Shown: positions 25,079 through 35,473, numbered from the stretch's first letter. The stretch is 38,623 nt of DNA from Bdellovibrionales bacterium (GCA_050250255.1 JBFWOZ010000028.1:1-38623), one strand, 5' to 3'. Program-made: numbers and translations. The notes: generated by a model not told the origin, from the letters alone.

Positions 25079-27337
25079 TTATTTAGCTTCTGCAACCCAG
25101 ACAGGACTCGGCAGAGTCACTGGACCACGGTCAAGAATGCGATAGATGATGAGATTGCGTAGGATGGCTTTCACATAAAAACTTGTCTCAGACCACGGCA
25201 TTTCATCGATCCATGTTTCTGAAAGTGGATCAACGGCAGTTGCTGGACTTAAGTTGCGGGCCTTCATCCATTTGTCGAAACGTCCTGGACCTGCGTTGTA
25301 GGCCGCAAGTGCAAACGCGACATTCCCACTGTATTTTTTAATCATATTTCTCAAATAGCGCGAACCTAATTGAATGTTCGTTGAGGGATCGAAAATATCG
25401 TAATTTCTTTTTCCCTTCAAATTGATCTCTTGGGCCATTTCGTCGGCAGTTCCGGGAAGGAGCTGCATGAGACCTTGCGCATTCGCAGGGCTCACTGCTA
25501 CGGGAGAAAAACTACTTTCTTGGCGGATCAGCGCTCGGATAAGTGCGGGCTCTAATCCATTCTTCTTTGTCGTCTCTTCAATGTATGTACTGAACTCGAG
25601 TGGATAAGCCACTTTCACTATAGGCGTAATCATGGTTGAAAATAAATCTTCATCCCATGCTTTCGAAATCAAATTGAGCGCGGTGGGATAATCCATTGCC
25701 GCCGCCCATATACGAGCCATTAAAACACGTGTGCGCGAATTTACTGGTTCATAGAAGTTTTTTAATTCTGCTTGCGACTCTTCAAACCACCCGGCTTTTA
25801 AAAGTAGCTGGATACGTGCCCATGCTTTTTCTTCTGCCGGAGCTAACTCAATTTCTTCGGTGATGACGGCGTCTTTGGTTTGGATGTTGACTTTCCCATC
25901 ACCCATTTCCGCCTGCGTCCTCAAACCGTAATAAGTTAATGGAAATCGCTCTACCAAATCCTGACCGGCTTTTTTCCCTTTTAACTCATCGATCTTTTGC
26001 AGCGATCGCCACAACCAATAGTTGGCCTGCATCTCAAATTTATCGGCATCAGGGAAAACCAAAAGTCTTTCAAATTGCGCCGCCGAAGAAATGTAATCCT
26101 TCCTGCGGAAATCAATAAGACCTAACCGAAATAGCGCACGTACGGATTCTTCCGTGCCGGCGTAATTCTGGAGCAAATCTTGAAATAGCTTACGAGCCTC
26201 ATCATCATGTCCTGTATAGAGTTCTGAATGAGCGGCCCATGAGAGAAGTTTCGTTGTGTAAGAGGTACCCTTTAGTTTTCTAAGTGCGACTTTTGCCAGA
26301 TAGGCAACATCTTCGTAATAACCTTGTCGGAAAGCCTTTTCACACCAATTATAAATCCGCATTCCATCAACTGATTCCATCTCTTTGAGAATTCGCTTTT
26401 TTAAGGCTTGAAAACTCGGTTCAGACTTGGAGGAGATACTAGCAAAAACTTCGTAAATGCGATCTGCAGCCCATTTCGCTCTTTGCCCACCAGGATATGT
26501 TTCAATAATCTCCACACCGTCTTCGACAGCTGAGATCAGATCTCCCGTCTTCAACGCATTCGCCATACGATCAGCATACTCACGTTCTTTCGGTGAGGCC
26601 TCTAAATTCTTTTCGATGATCGTTACTTCGGACGGCTTTGAAAGCTCCGGTTCTTTTTCTTTCAATAAAGAAAGAATGGATTTCACCTTATCGCGAATTT
26701 CAGATGTTTCTTTTTCTGTCAGACTCCGTCGGTAGTAGCCAAGAGCTGCTCGAAGACGTTGGCGCATGAAAGCCAACTCACCCGCATATCGAAACACGCG
26801 TGCTTTTTGACTTCCATCCATCCAATCGAGGCGCTTCAAGAGAGCTTCTAAAATTTTTTCTGCACGATTGCGATCACGGCGAAGTTGGTAATCCAAACGA
26901 CCAAAGTTCGCTTCTACCATTTTTGTTTTAAGAACGCCTGAGTAAGGACCATTCAAGAGCCATTCAGAGTGGGACTCGACAAGATGAGAGCTTTTTTGAA
27001 TTCCACCATCGTCCACAAAATTATTAAGAGCGTGGCAATCAAAACGAGCAACTAAAATCCAAGGTCGTAGCGAAGGTGTTCTCGCCCACGCCACATCTGC
27101 CGCCTTCAAGCATGGAGCATATTTTTTATCTCGCAAAGCCATTTTCAATTCGGCAAGTGGTTTCACATTTTCTCCACCTGTAAATTTAGATCTGGGATCG
27201 TACTTCCAACGTGTGAAAGGAATCGTGTCATTGGAAGAAAGTTTAATGGACTCTGAGTTTGCAAAAGGTCCACTCAAAAGTACAAAAATACTAAGCCAAA
27301 AAGAAAGGTTTTTTTTATTGTATATTTTTGCTTTCAT
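25079..27337 (-). CDS. slt: Soluble lytic murein transglycosylase (Slt70-like) with TPR region
   Basis: Signal peptide, TPR-like helices, FPLTYYG, RQESSF, GLMQL, AAYNAG, ETSFYVK; start uncertain (ATGs at 27337, 27346, 27364). Confidence 0.9.
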   Translation of the reverse strand: MKAKIYNKKNLSFWLSIFVLLSGPFANSESIKLSSNDTIPFTRWKYDPRSKFTGGENVKPLAELKMALRDKKYAPCLKAADVAWARTPSLRPWILVARFDCHALNNFVDDGGIQKSSHLVESHSEWLLNGPYSGVLKTKMVEANFGRLDYQLRRDRNRAEKILEALLKRLDWMDGSQKARVFRYAGELAFMRQRLRAALGYYRRSLTEKETSEIRDKVKSILSLLKEKEPELSKPSEVTIIEKNLEASPKEREYADRMANALKTGDLISAVEDGVEIIETYPGGQRAKWAADRIYEVFASISSKSEPSFQALKKRILKEMESVDGMRIYNWCEKAFRQGYYEDVAYLAKVALRKLKGTSYTTKLLSWAAHSELYTGHDDEARKLFQDLLQNYAGTEESVRALFRLGLIDFRRKDYISSAAQFERLLVFPDADKFEMQANYWLWRSLQKIDELKGKKAGQDLVERFPLTYYGLRTQAEMGDGKVNIQTKDAVITEEIELAPAEEKAWARIQLLLKAGWFEESQAELKNFYEPVNSRTRVLMARIWAAAMDYPTALNLISKAWDEDLFSTMITPIVKVAYPLEFSTYIEETTKKNGLEPALIRALIRQESSFSPVAVSPANAQGLMQLLPGTADEMAQEINLKGKRNYDIFDPSTNIQLGSRYLRNMIKKYSGNVAFALAAYNAGPGRFDKWMKARNLSPATAVDPLSETWIDEMPWSETSFYVKAILRNLIIYRILDRGPVTLPSPVWVAEAK

Positions 27338-27365
27338 CTGGCCCATGATGGTATCGGAAATCATT

Positions 27366-27848
27366 ATGAACGAAAAGAATTATATTACTCCTCATGGTGC
27401 TGAACGTCTCAAACAGGAGTTGCGTCAATTGCGCGACGGAGAACGTCCTGAAGTCGTTAAAACTGTGGCTTGGGCAGCATCAAATGGAGATCGATCAGAA
27501 AATGCAGATTATATTTATGGCAAACGACGGCTTCGCGAAATCGATCGTCGTATTGAGTTTCTTAAAACGCGCTTAGAAAAAGCCCATGTTGTAGACCCCA
27601 CGCTCCAAAAAGGAGATCATATTCTTTTCGGAGCAACCGTCACCGTAGAGCTCGACAACGGAGATACAAAAACATTTTCTATTGTGGGTGCCGACGAAGT
27701 GGATGTCTCAAAAGGGCACATCAGCTGGCATTCACCGATCGGCAAAGCGCTATTGAACGCGCATAAGGGGCAATCCGTGAGAGTCCAACTCCCTCGAGGG
27801 GAAGAAGAGCTCGAAATTCTCGACGTAAAATACGTAGAACTTCGATAA
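27366..27848 (+). CDS. greB: Transcription elongation factor GreB
   Basis: NYITPHG, WAASNGDRSENADYIYGKRRLREIDRRI, ISWHSPIG; true start is ATG 27366, not the ORF-track 27213. Confidence 0.96.
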   Translation: MNEKNYITPHGAERLKQELRQLRDGERPEVVKTVAWAASNGDRSENADYIYGKRRLREIDRRIEFLKTRLEKAHVVDPTLQKGDHILFGATVTVELDNGDTKTFSIVGADEVDVSKGHISWHSPIGKALLNAHKGQSVRVQLPRGEEELEILDVKYVELR

Positions 27849-27897
27849 AGACTTTTTAGAATTTCTCGTAAAGACTCTTTATATATTCAAAGGTCTA

Positions 27898-27905
27898 GCC
27901 GATGA
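27898..27905 (+). promoter_or_regulatory. sigma28-like -10 box
   Basis: GCCGATGA 6 nt upstream of the PilZ-gene ATG; no SD; -35 box weak. Confidence 0.4.
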
Positions 27906-27911
27906 GTTTTC

Positions 27912-28658
27912 ATGCGAAAAAAACCCGTCTTTCTTTACGTGGCTTCGTTGCTCTTTTTCGCAGCTCCTTTGCTCGTGAGCGGGGCTCTCTATTTACAAGT
28001 CCCCAGTACCCAAGATTTCTTAGAGGCTAACGGCGATCCCATTCAGCTTCTTTTTTATTGGGCTTGCTGGACAGCTGCCGTAAGTACTTGGAGAATTCAA
28101 ATTTGGGGCTATTATTCTTACTATCTCAGCACCCTCCTCATTGTTTTGTTACAAATTCAAAGATTTATTTTTGGTGACCTTGACTCTCTCGCTATGACTT
28201 CAGAAATGAATCTTATGATTCTGGCGTTTGGAGTTTTGCTCTACAAAGTACAGCTTCTCACTGAGCCTTTTGTGAATCCACAAGCACGTTGGTGGGAAAC
28301 CCCTACCCGCTACTCGGTCGATCTCAAAGCGCAAATACGTGGGCGCAAGGCCGACATGAAAGTCCGAATTCTTGATATCAGCGAAACCGGCTTTTTTGCG
28401 GAACATGAAGACAATATCGCGATTGGAAGTATCTTTGGTGTCGATATCATATTTCAAACCACAAAAATTCATACGGTAGGAATGGTCGTTCGTAACAGCA
28501 AAGCTCCTCAAGGAGTCGGTTTCATGTTTCTTGCAGCGACTCGTTCAGAAAAATCCGCCGTGAAACAACTTGTTCTTGCTTTGGAAGCCGCCGCTCGCGG
28601 TGCCGAACCAATGCCCATCATCCTCGACGACGACGACCAAGGCCAAATCGCCGCTTAA
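27912..28658 (+). CDS. Membrane protein with C-terminal PilZ (c-di-GMP-binding) domain
   Basis: Four TM helices, then RWWETPTRY and DISETG (D-x-S-x-x-G), GVGFMF. Confidence 0.85.
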   Translation: MRKKPVFLYVASLLFFAAPLLVSGALYLQVPSTQDFLEANGDPIQLLFYWACWTAAVSTWRIQIWGYYSYYLSTLLIVLLQIQRFIFGDLDSLAMTSEMNLMILAFGVLLYKVQLLTEPFVNPQARWWETPTRYSVDLKAQIRGRKADMKVRILDISETGFFAEHEDNIAIGSIFGVDIIFQTTKIHTVGMVVRNSKAPQGVGFMFLAATRSEKSAVKQLVLALEAAARGAEPMPIILDDDDQGQIAA

Positions 28659-28710
28659 TTCTTCTTCGAAGAGAAGAGTTGGTGCTTGAGAAACGGGAAT
28701 TTAGGGGAAG

Positions 28711-29184
28711 TTATTCGTTCCAGGGTTGGTGGTCGCGGAGGTACGTTGCGGGAGTGCGGTATTTTTTGCGTACGGTTTGGCGAATTTTGCGTTGCTTATC
28801 GATTTCTTCTAGATGTTGAATTCGTGCTTTTTCGTTAAGGTAACGTTGGTATGCGAGACGCCGTTCGTGTGCGGTTTCGTGTTTCAAAATTTCTTCTGAA
28901 GCGGGCTTACGACCATACTGTTGTTCGACGTAGGCTTTGCGTGCACGCTCTTTGTTCCAAACTTGCCATTCTTTTTTACGAAGGTGCTGTTCAAGACCGC
29001 GCTGGCGTTCTGCTTTTGCACGACTCACTTCTTGTTTACGAAGTTTGTAGTTTTGCTCGGACTCTTCAAGTTCCTGTTTTAAGCTCGCACGCTTTTCTGA
29101 TGGCGACAGTGCGTTCGTTTCGTCGGCCTTTAAAAGAGCCGGAAACATCAAGAAAACAAAGAGGATAAGACGCTTTTGGGTCAT
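28711..29184 (-). CDS. Hypothetical secreted coiled-coil protein
   Basis: Signal peptide ending LKA; highly charged R/K/E helical remainder; sigma28-like TCCGATGT 6 nt upstream of ATG. Confidence 0.7.
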   Translation of the reverse strand: MTQKRLILFVFLMFPALLKADETNALSPSEKRASLKQELEESEQNYKLRKQEVSRAKAERQRGLEQHLRKKEWQVWNKERARKAYVEQQYGRKPASEEILKHETAHERRLAYQRYLNEKARIQHLEEIDKQRKIRQTVRKKYRTPATYLRDHQPWNE

Positions 29185-29273
29185 AGTTTCACATCGGAAA
29201 TTAAGACCAAAAACATGATTGACCTAGACCATAAGCCGCGAGTAGAGAAAAGCCTTAGCTTTAGGGGGAATCC

Positions 29274-30428
29274 ATGGTGCGTTTTTGTTTTTCTTTTCTC
29301 ATTTTGAGTCTCTGTCTTGGCGCATGTTCACAAGGTGGCTCTGGGGGAAACGGCAATAATCCCGACGCGATTGATTACGGAATCCGTGATGACAGTTGTG
29401 ATTTTTCATATTCTGAAGGCCCCCTGAACAGCGCCAGCCCATCTGCTTGCGCCGAAGAAAATGCGGATTGCCATATCACGACCGCTTCTTTCGGCAAAAA
29501 ATTTAATCAAGAGCACTTGAGACAAGTTTATAAAATATCCGCTCAAGGTACCGCCAAATATATTTCGACAATTGGCGCGGATGTTTACCGAGCTCCTTTA
29601 CTCAACGGACGAAGATGTAGTGTTTTTGCCCAAGTCCAATCCCCTCCTTCTGATGTCGCAGACACTTGGGAAGAAGAAAGTCGTGACGTCAAACGCGAAG
29701 ACTCTAGCGCGCAACTGGCTGGGCTTTTCCTTGAAGAGTTTAATAATTCTCGAAGTGTCATTCTTGTTGCGGCTAACAGCTCCCGCTACACTTTGATTCA
29801 CGAAATGATGCATCACCTTTTTGCTCTCGAACGTAAAAAACAAACTGGCAAAAGCTACGCTCAATTTCGCCAAGAACTAAAAACCGTGGTCACGAGGTTT
29901 CAAGAGAGCGTCACTCGATGCCCATCAACAAATCCAACAAAAGAATGTACCGCTCAACTCGCAAAAGATTTCGAGACGGCTTTAAAATATTCTGATGAAG
30001 CCATTGTCATAAGCACTCTTGAGGAACCGGCTACGGAACTCACACTTCTTAAAGCTCTCAAATCGGGAGTGATGGAATATATTCCTGATTTTTCAAGAAA
30101 CGCTTACTGGTATCTCTCAACCAACACCAGAAAAGCGAGATATCGTTACGAACAACAACTTCAATCGATTGATCTCTTTTTTAAAGATTATGATGTCACG
30201 GCGATAGAAGCCGATCGTCAGACTCTTCAACAAAGACGCTCTAAAGTGAACGAAAGACTTTCAGAAATTTCGTCGGTGGAATTTGAAGGCTTACAACTCC
30301 GTAATTCCCCCATTCCTCAAACGGCTCTTCTCTTGCCTAAAAACTACAGCAGTATTGAAGAGGAACCTCTTCATCCCTGCACACACGGAGATGAGCTTGA
30401 AGAAATTATGGTAAATCTCAGCTTCTAG
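29274..30428 (+). CDS. Lipoprotein, putative zinc metallopeptidase (HExxH)
   Basis: Lipobox LGAC, Gly/Asn linker, YTLIHEMMHH, later LEE; AGGGGG RBS. Confidence 0.75.
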   Translation: MVRFCFSFLILSLCLGACSQGGSGGNGNNPDAIDYGIRDDSCDFSYSEGPLNSASPSACAEENADCHITTASFGKKFNQEHLRQVYKISAQGTAKYISTIGADVYRAPLLNGRRCSVFAQVQSPPSDVADTWEEESRDVKREDSSAQLAGLFLEEFNNSRSVILVAANSSRYTLIHEMMHHLFALERKKQTGKSYAQFRQELKTVVTRFQESVTRCPSTNPTKECTAQLAKDFETALKYSDEAIVISTLEEPATELTLLKALKSGVMEYIPDFSRNAYWYLSTNTRKARYRYEQQLQSIDLFFKDYDVTAIEADRQTLQQRRSKVNERLSEISSVEFEGLQLRNSPIPQTALLLPKNYSSIEEEPLHPCTHGDELEEIMVNLSF

Positions 30429-30431
30429 GTT

Positions 30432-31184
30432 TTAAAGATTTAAGGATTTTTCTAGAAATCGTAAACTGCGTAGTCCAAACCAACTCCAAGCTTCGCCATC
30501 CACAATGGCACTTGAAAAAGGGAGAGACTGGGCAAAATCATGACGTTTATGAAATGGATAAGGCTCAGAAGAAAATAGCAGTAATGTTTTTTCTGGATCG
30601 TACGTGCTTAAATCCACCTGAGGATATTTGATTCTAGCGGAGTTGTGGGCTAATGCATTCTTGGTAAAACCTAAATGTTTGAGCATAGAATCAATAAACG
30701 TATGCTCCCCAACTGCCATCCATGGATTTTTCCAAATTAAGTAAAGAAAATCTGTTTGCCCTGAATAGGGTTTAAGCCACTTTTTAACTCCCGGTAGGCG
30801 TTCTAAAGAACGATTCTTCTGTGAAAGCAAACCCACCTTTTGCCAACGCCCCGAAAACTCTTCGAGTTTTCTTGAAGAAAAACGCTCTGCTAGTCGAGAA
30901 AGCTCTGCTGGTAGATCACGAAGATCCGTCACATGAGTATCAAAGACTGGCAGAGGAGATTCTTCGGCCATACTTTTGGGATTTTCCTCTCGATCCAATA
31001 GAAGTAAGTCCGCATAGAGTTCCCGCACCAGATCCCACTGGATCTCCTTTGTTCCACCCACAGCCTTGATCTTTTGAATTTTATCCTGAGGGTGAACGCA
31101 AAACCGCGTTCGGCCAACAACCTCCACGCCTGACTCAATCAGAGTTTCAGTCCATGAAGGAACCATTGAGATCACACGCTTCAT
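30432..31184 (-). CDS. Helical-backbone metal receptor (BtuF/cobalamin-binding-like) protein
   Basis: RVISMVPSWTETL, VGRTRFCVHP, VGGTK, LFSSEPYPF, DGEAWSWFG; no signal peptide. Confidence 0.85.
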   Translation of the reverse strand: MKRVISMVPSWTETLIESGVEVVGRTRFCVHPQDKIQKIKAVGGTKEIQWDLVRELYADLLLLDREENPKSMAEESPLPVFDTHVTDLRDLPAELSRLAERFSSRKLEEFSGRWQKVGLLSQKNRSLERLPGVKKWLKPYSGQTDFLYLIWKNPWMAVGEHTFIDSMLKHLGFTKNALAHNSARIKYPQVDLSTYDPEKTLLLFSSEPYPFHKRHDFAQSLPFSSAIVDGEAWSWFGLRSLRFLEKSLNL

Positions 31185-31260
31185 CTTTGATGCACCAAGG
31201 CCAATAGGCTTTTACTAAGATTCATTTGACCAAAATAAATAACTTACAGATACTTTGTCC

Positions 31261-31452
31261 ATGTCTGTTCTGAAAAAGCTCTTACATTTTATTGGTGGGA
31301 AACCACCTCAGGTCATTTTTAAAAATGGCGAGGTAACTCACGTTCATACTGAAAAAAAATGGCAAATGTGGAAAGATCGTTTTGAAAAAGATCTGAATTA
31401 CCAATTTCGTCAGCACTCAGGCATGAGCGGTAAACACCAAAAAAATAAATAA
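31261..31452 (+). CDS. Small hypothetical protein
   Basis: 63-aa ORF filling the gap between the metal-receptor gene and uvrC; protein-like composition (IFKNGEVTHVHTEKKWQMWKDRF). Confidence 0.6.
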   Translation: MSVLKKLLHFIGGKPPQVIFKNGEVTHVHTEKKWQMWKDRFEKDLNYQFRQHSGMSGKHQKNK

Positions 31453-31466
31453 GCTATGTCGCTTGG

Positions 31467-33377
31467 CTACGCTGACGGAGCGTCTTGTTGGATAAGATTT
31501 TCTTGAATCACACGCGCGAGTTTTTCATTCACGCCTTCTATCTCAATCATTTCGGCTAGGCTCGCGTTTCTCATGACTTCGACCGTTCCAAATTTATCAA
31601 ATAAACGTTTGCGCAAAACTTCACCGACACCCGGAATCGTATCTAGAACACTTTCAAGCATAGAACCCTCCCGAAGCTTTCGATGATAAGTGATGGCAAA
31701 ACGATGAGCTTCATCGCGAAGTCCCGTCAAAATACGAAACGCCTCTGAGTGTGAAGGAAAAATCACGGGTTTTAATCGCCCTGGCACAAAAATGCGCTCA
31801 GCGGTCCCCGACACTTCTTTATCCGAAAACTCCCCTTGAGTACGAGCTTTGGCTATAGAGATAATAGAAATATCTTCTCGACCTAATTCTTTGAGCACCT
31901 GCACGGCAATGTTAAGTTGGCCTTTACCGCCATCGACTAAAATTAAATCAGGATCGTCGTACTCGCTATGATTCATGCGACGAGATAAAACCTCTCGCAT
32001 AGAAGCATAGTCATCAATTTCCTGAACCGTTTTCATTTTGTAGCGACGATATTGATCTTTATTTGGGACACCTTCTTCAAACACCACTTGGCTAGCAACG
32101 GTTTCTGCACCCTGAAAATGAGAGATGTCGTAACACTCAATGCGTGTTGGCCGCTTATCAAGCCCTAATTTCTTTTGTATTTCATCAAGCCCTTGACGTT
32201 TTTTATCTGATTTCTCTACGGCATGTTTAAAGTGTTGTTTTGCATTTTGCTCTGCCATCTCTATGAGCCGCTGATTCTGAGAATCAGAACCAAAACGAAC
32301 TCGGACCTCGTGGCCCACTCGCTCTTCAAGCACCGCTGCTAATAACTTCTGGAGGTCATCCCCCACTTCCACTGGCAAAACGACTTCATCGGGGATCACG
32401 TTCTCTTCATAATATTGATTCAAAAAGGAAACGAGCCAATCTCTGACATCTTCTGCCGTATCCACCGCATTTAAATGCCCAAGGAAATGCGGTCGGCTAC
32501 CTACAACACGTCCCGACCTGATCGCCACAATTTCAATCGTGGTTCCACGCTCGTCACCAAAATATCCAACAACATCTTGATCCAAATCTACTTTCGTAGA
32601 AACGACGGCCTGTTTTTCTAAAGCGGCTTTTAGTCCTTTAAGTCCATCGCGAAGACGAGCTGCCACCTCATAATGTTCTTGGGCTGAGGCTTCTTTCATT
32701 CTTTTCTCAAGAAGCTCAAGAATTTTTTTATCTCTTCCACGAAGAAAGAGCATCGCCGATTCCACTTCTTTTTTGTAAGTCGCTTCATCGATCAAATTCG
32801 TACAAGGAGCCGAACATCGACCAATCTGATGAGTCATACACGGGCGTTTTCTAGATTTCATGAAATGGTCGGTACAGTCTCGAATTTGAAAAATTTGATT
32901 GAGAAGTCGAATGGTTTCATAAACTAAAAATCCACTTGTAAACGGTCCGAAATATTTCGAACCATCTTTCACAACTTTGCGGCTCAAATAAAAACGCGGG
33001 AAAGGATCCTTCCAACTGACGCGAATGTAGGGATAAGTTTTATCGTCCTTAAGACGAATATTGTATTTAGGTCGGTGTTTTTTAATGAGAGAGGCCTCGA
33101 GAAGGAAAGCTTCAACCTCTGTTTTTGTGAGAATGTATTCTACCTTCATGATCTGAGTCACTAAAAGGCGTGTTTTCGGCGTTACAGAATCGTTTTCAAC
33201 AAAGTAAGAACGAACACGATTCTTGAGATTTTTGGCTTTTCCAACATAGAGAATCTTATCCACCCCATTTTTCATGAGATAGACACCAGATTGCGTTGGA
33301 AAGTCCTTCACAAAAGCTCTTAAACCTTCAAGGCGACTCAGTTTCGGTTCAGATTTTGGAGTTTGATCTTCATCCAC
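31467..33377 (-). CDS. uvrC: Excinuclease ABC subunit C
   Basis: GIY-YIG (GVYLM...YVGKAKNL), UVR domain, RIECYDISH, DGGKGQL, RDEAHRFA, C-terminal HhH. Confidence 0.98.
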   Translation of the reverse strand: MDEDQTPKSEPKLSRLEGLRAFVKDFPTQSGVYLMKNGVDKILYVGKAKNLKNRVRSYFVENDSVTPKTRLLVTQIMKVEYILTKTEVEAFLLEASLIKKHRPKYNIRLKDDKTYPYIRVSWKDPFPRFYLSRKVVKDGSKYFGPFTSGFLVYETIRLLNQIFQIRDCTDHFMKSRKRPCMTHQIGRCSAPCTNLIDEATYKKEVESAMLFLRGRDKKILELLEKRMKEASAQEHYEVAARLRDGLKGLKAALEKQAVVSTKVDLDQDVVGYFGDERGTTIEIVAIRSGRVVGSRPHFLGHLNAVDTAEDVRDWLVSFLNQYYEENVIPDEVVLPVEVGDDLQKLLAAVLEERVGHEVRVRFGSDSQNQRLIEMAEQNAKQHFKHAVEKSDKKRQGLDEIQKKLGLDKRPTRIECYDISHFQGAETVASQVVFEEGVPNKDQYRRYKMKTVQEIDDYASMREVLSRRMNHSEYDDPDLILVDGGKGQLNIAVQVLKELGREDISIISIAKARTQGEFSDKEVSGTAERIFVPGRLKPVIFPSHSEAFRILTGLRDEAHRFAITYHRKLREGSMLESVLDTIPGVGEVLRKRLFDKFGTVEVMRNASLAEMIEIEGVNEKLARVIQENLIQQDAPSA

Positions 33378-33568
33378 ACTTTAAAATACTCCGGCTCTCT
33401 TTTCGCTTCAAGGCAATGAGCGTTGCTAATAGTGAGGACAATAAAAGCTAATGACCCTCCTATTTTGAACGTAAAAGGATGTAAAACACTCACATTTTTT
33501 GATCTCTACAAGGCTTCCATTTGTGCACCTTCAGATATCTGCTAGGGTCCCAATACAAAGGGGCCTCG

Positions 33569-35473
33569 ATGTTACAAAAATTCGTTTTTATTCTCTTTTT
33601 CCTGACAGCAGTCACATCTGGCGCTGCAACTCCTCCTCAATGCGCTCAAGCTTTAGGTCGCCTCAATGGTGTTCTGGAAATCGCTCTTGAAAAACATGCT
33701 ATGTTTTCAAAATTGGATAACAGCATCGTAAAAAGAGCGATTAAGAGTTTTATCAATGAGCTGGATGTTTACGGACTCTTTTTTTTAGAAGCAGAACGAC
33801 AGCAGTTTCTGAATCAAAATGAAAAACAATTAACTGAAATACGCCAACAAGTTGAAAAGTACGACTACCAATTCTTTCAGCAAATCCACGCTCGATTTAT
33901 ACAATCGTTTAGTCGAGTTCAAAACTATTTGTCTGCCTTACCTCAGAAAAAAGAAACTATCGTCTCTCGTTCTCAAATTTCAGACTTTGCTCAACGACAA
34001 GCAAATCTCAAGGCTGTTAAAATTCCTAAAACATTAGAAGAGCAAAACGAGAAACTCATAGACTGGTTAGCCGACGGCTACCAAGACATGCTGCAAAACA
34101 ATTATGCACCACCTGAGGCTTTTCTGCTTCTAACTCGTTTGTCTGTAAGACGACTAGAATATGCAAAAAAAGTGGCCATGCTTGACACTGAGGAGTTGGC
34201 TTTAAAAGCATTGTTAGCCGGACTTGATCCTCACTCCACTTATCTCAACCCTATCAAGACAAAAGAATTTTTAAGGCGGCAAGCTGCTGCCTATGGAGGA
34301 ATTGGCGTTACGGTTCGAGAAGTTGCAAAGGGATTTTTACTCAACGTTCTACCTGGCTCCCCGGCTCTGGAAGCAGGGATTCAAAGTGGCGATCTCCTTA
34401 CGCATGTGATTCGCGAAGGAAAAACCATACTCCTTCAAGGTACACCTCCTGACGATCTTACGCCGCTCTTTCGCGGTCCTATCGGCACATCGATCACTGT
34501 AAAAGTCCAACGCTCAGGAACACCTCTCACTTTTTCTATCGTTCGCGGGAAAGTGAAGACTCATCAAAAACAAATTGCAACAAGTGTCGTGACAAATTCT
34601 TCCTCAAACGTTATCGGTACCATTTCTTTCACCGAATTCTACAAAGGTTCAGCTCAAGATTTTGCTGTAGAACTAAAAAACTTAACTTCAAAAAATCAAC
34701 TCCAAGGACTTATTCTTGATTTGCGCAATAACGGCGGAGGAAGCCATCCAGATGCGATGGACATCATCTCATTTTTTATTAATGGAGGTCCTGGAATACG
34801 CATTCGCAAAATAGCCAACCAGAATACAACCTTCGGTGAAGATCATGAGATCCCAGCAGGTCAAGTGATTTGGAACGGTCCCCTCATGGTCTTAATCAAC
34901 GAAGCTTCCGCGAGTGCTGCCGAACTTGTACCTTTGATTTTGAAGAATCATTCGCGTGCTATCATTGCTGGCGGTCCTCGCAGCTTTGGTAAAGGCACCG
35001 CCCAAAATACTTTTCCGCTCAGCGACCCAAATGGCGAACCCAGCGGTGACGCTATCAAAATTACAGAAGGCGTCTTTTTTGGTCCGGCAGGCACCACTCC
35101 AAATGTTTCAGGCCTTAAACCCGATGTCGTTCTTCGAAAAGAAGTATTGCCTTACGGTTTACTCCATAGATATCCAGACGCGGCGATTCCCCAATTTAAA
35201 ATTGATATGGCTTTAGATCGTCATTCTTTTTTTGATATTCAACGCCAAGAAATTGTGGATCTTTTAAATAAAAAATTTCAAGAAAATAAAAAAGCCACTG
35301 CTCCAAAACAAGAAGAACAAGATCAAGAGTTAACGAACACAGTTGAGGTTTTATCTCACTACATTCAACTACAAAATCAGGGACTCACAGAACGACCTCT
35401 GATCATCACTCCACAGAATTCTTTACCAGCACCGCTTCCACGCCGCTTGCTAGTCATTCCGGGACAAAGATAA
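33569..35473 (+). CDS. S41 family C-terminal processing peptidase (Prc/Tsp-like) with PDZ
   Basis: Signal peptide from ATG 33569; LDPHSTY, GIGV, PGSPA, DLRNNGGG, SASAAE (Ser), SFGKGTAQ (Lys). Confidence 0.92.
   Translation: MLQKFVFILFFLTAVTSGAATPPQCAQALGRLNGVLEIALEKHAMFSKLDNSIVKRAIKSFINELDVYGLFFLEAERQQFLNQNEKQLTEIRQQVEKYDYQFFQQIHARFIQSFSRVQNYLSALPQKKETIVSRSQISDFAQRQANLKAVKIPKTLEEQNEKLIDWLADGYQDMLQNNYAPPEAFLLLTRLSVRRLEYAKKVAMLDTEELALKALLAGLDPHSTYLNPIKTKEFLRRQAAAYGGIGVTVREVAKGFLLNVLPGSPALEAGIQSGDLLTHVIREGKTILLQGTPPDDLTPLFRGPIGTSITVKVQRSGTPLTFSIVRGKVKTHQKQIATSVVTNSSSNVIGTISFTEFYKGSAQDFAVELKNLTSKNQLQGLILDLRNNGGGSHPDAMDIISFFINGGPGIRIRKIANQNTTFGEDHEIPAGQVIWNGPLMVLINEASASAAELVPLILKNHSRAIIAGGPRSFGKGTAQNTFPLSDPNGEPSGDAIKITEGVFFGPAGTTPNVSGLKPDVVLRKEVLPYGLLHRYPDAAIPQFKIDMALDRHSFFDIQRQEIVDLLNKKFQENKKATAPKQEEQDQELTNTVEVLSHYIQLQNQGLTERPLIITPQNSLPAPLPRRLLVIPGQR

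Noticed and set aside
27213..27365. 51-aa N-terminal extension of GreB
   Set aside because: It overlaps the slt coding sequence on the opposite strand; GreB homology begins at ATG 27366.
33411..33427. sigma54 promoter upstream of the S41 peptidase (AGGCAA-N6-TTGCT)
   Set aside because: GG-to-GC spacing is one base too long for the strict -24/-12 geometry.
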